Shown here: in pieces, positions 62,948-64,000 of the stretch
Position numbering within the stretch: position 1 is the first letter of the stretch
How the letters are laid out: every line of letters begins with the position of its first letter
Source of the DNA: Desulfatiglandales bacterium
GTDB lineage: Bacteria; Desulfobacterota; DSM-4660; Desulfatiglandales; Desulfatiglandaceae
Reading direction: 5' to 3'
Assembly (NCBI GenBank): GCA_963666345.1
Contig: OY762721.1
Span: 1,856,001 to 1,920,000, forward strand
Length of the DNA: 64,000 bases
Position numbers and translations under genes: made by a program
The notes under the pieces: generated by a model
What the model was told of the DNA's origin: nothing
Seen by the model: only the letters and a program-made list of their open reading frames with translations
Databases searched by the model: none

Positions 62948-64000
62948 ATGGAAATCTCCTACACCTTTTCCACCCCCTCCGGCGATCTGCCTGTCGGCCC
63001 CCGGGAAATGAAAAGGGCCTTCATGACAGGACCTCAGAAAGTCCACCCCTTCCTTACCGTGGGAGACTATTTTGACTGCCTGAGAGACTTTCTCCTCAAG
63101 GACAACGGATCGATAATCGTCCCGCTATCGAGGCGGGCGCTTAAAGAAAACGACCTGAAACAGGAGGATATCTCCCGCCTTCTGATTCGAAGTGAAAAAC
63201 ATGGAAGGCTCTATCACGTATCAAGTATCGAAATCGACACAAGCGAAGGCCCTTTCAAGTTGGCCTTGAGCGCCGCCTTGACCGAAGATGCACGAAAGTG
63301 CCTCTTTGCCGACAGGGATAACCTGATCCTTCTTGGGGGCAGAGGTTCCCTTTCCTACCTGCCGGAGGTATATGCCTGTGGTGAATCAGGGGTAGCAAGG
63401 GGTAAAGACAGTCAGACGATAGGCCTTCTTCTATCCGGGTGGCTCGATGACTTTCATGAATGGCACCTGAGTCGGGCCGAGGCCATGGAAGAGCCCCGAA
63501 TAAGCCTTTGGGACACAAAAAGGGGTTTCCGCTTCCTGGAAAGAGATGAAGCCTGTGAGATATTTCGCAAAATATCCATGATACTCACCTTATATTTTGA
63601 TCCTGAAACCTTTTACCAGGTATATCCCTGGCATCATTCCGCAGGTGATTTTGTAGTAAGAACGGGTGAACGGATAGAGGTGAGACTTACCACGGTGAGA
63701 AACTACATTCCTGTCATTGATGTGCCGGTTGAAAAAACTCTGAGGCCGATTCTTTCATTGATATATTTTCTTTTCCATATGCTGCTTATTATAAGAATCG
63801 ACAGATCGGACGGGGTAGGTGAAATCGTGTGGGCAGGCCCTTTTTCCATTAAGGCATCCCTGAGGGGGTTTTTCGATGCCCTTTCCCTACACACAGGCGG
63901 ACGCGCCTATCCTGCCGGTTCCTTAGAGATCCTCTCGCTTTTGCAATCTTTTTCAGGAGATGAACTCCTGAACCTCCATCTTTCCCTCTTAAGCTATTAC
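62948..64000 (+). CDS. Hypothetical protein, possible kinase-like fold; runs off window end
   Basis: Own translation from ATG 62948: MEISYTF...SEKHGRLYHV...YLPEVY...WLDDFHEWH...PWHHSAGDFVV...LTTVRNY. Confidence 0.75.
   Translation, partial: MEISYTFSTPSGDLPVGPREMKRAFMTGPQKVHPFLTVGDYFDCLRDFLLKDNGSIIVPLSRRALKENDLKQEDISRLLIRSEKHGRLYHVSSIEIDTSEGPFKLALSAALTEDARKCLFADRDNLILLGGRGSLSYLPEVYACGESGVARGKDSQTIGLLLSGWLDDFHEWHLSRAEAMEEPRISLWDTKRGFRFLERDEACEIFRKISMILTLYFDPETFYQVYPWHHSAGDFVVRTGERIEVRLTTVRNYIPVIDVPVEKTLRPILSLIYFLFHMLLIIRIDRSDGVGEIVWAGPFSIKASLRGFFDALSLHTGGRAYPAGSLEILSLLQSFSGDELLNLHLSLLSYY

Noticed and set aside
310..63894. Numerous antisense and overlapping ORFs in the six-frame track
   Set aside because: Shadows of well-supported genes, with no recognisable motifs

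Overview
64 kb of a probable anaerobic Desulfobacterota (deltaproteobacterial) chromosome; the taxon is inferred from gene content. Most genes are on the - strand. It holds two cytoplasmic formate dehydrogenase/NuoEF modules flanking a two-component system. One module has a selenocysteine FdhA with a SECIS; the other has a Trx-ferredoxin/NuoF/GltD triple fusion. Further along are transport and housekeeping genes, gnd-zwf-pgl, and a large oxygen-defence cluster (FTR, Grx, FprA, Dfx, two rubrerythrins, five small rubredoxin-like or Cys-rich proteins) next to an OrpR-like PAS sigma54 activator. The right part has tandem DUF4139 genes, purD, paaK, an NtrBC-like pair, rnc-rSAM-era, pyrR and an uncharacterised ATP-grasp/Zn-ribbon/HEAT/kinase-like cluster. 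The most striking non-coding signals are: (1) a ~305-bp repeat at six loci, all in the same orientation and with permuted ends, folding into a long hairpin with compensatory base changes between copies; (2) a candidate ~60-nt sigma54-dependent sRNA with an anti-Shine-Dalgarno seed right after the NtrC-like regulator; (3) a 158-bp MITE/REPIN-like family with an IHF site; (4) an ISL3-like MITE with an 8-bp TSD carrying a decayed four-helix-bundle gene. No rRNA, tRNA, CRISPR array or intact transposase was seen.
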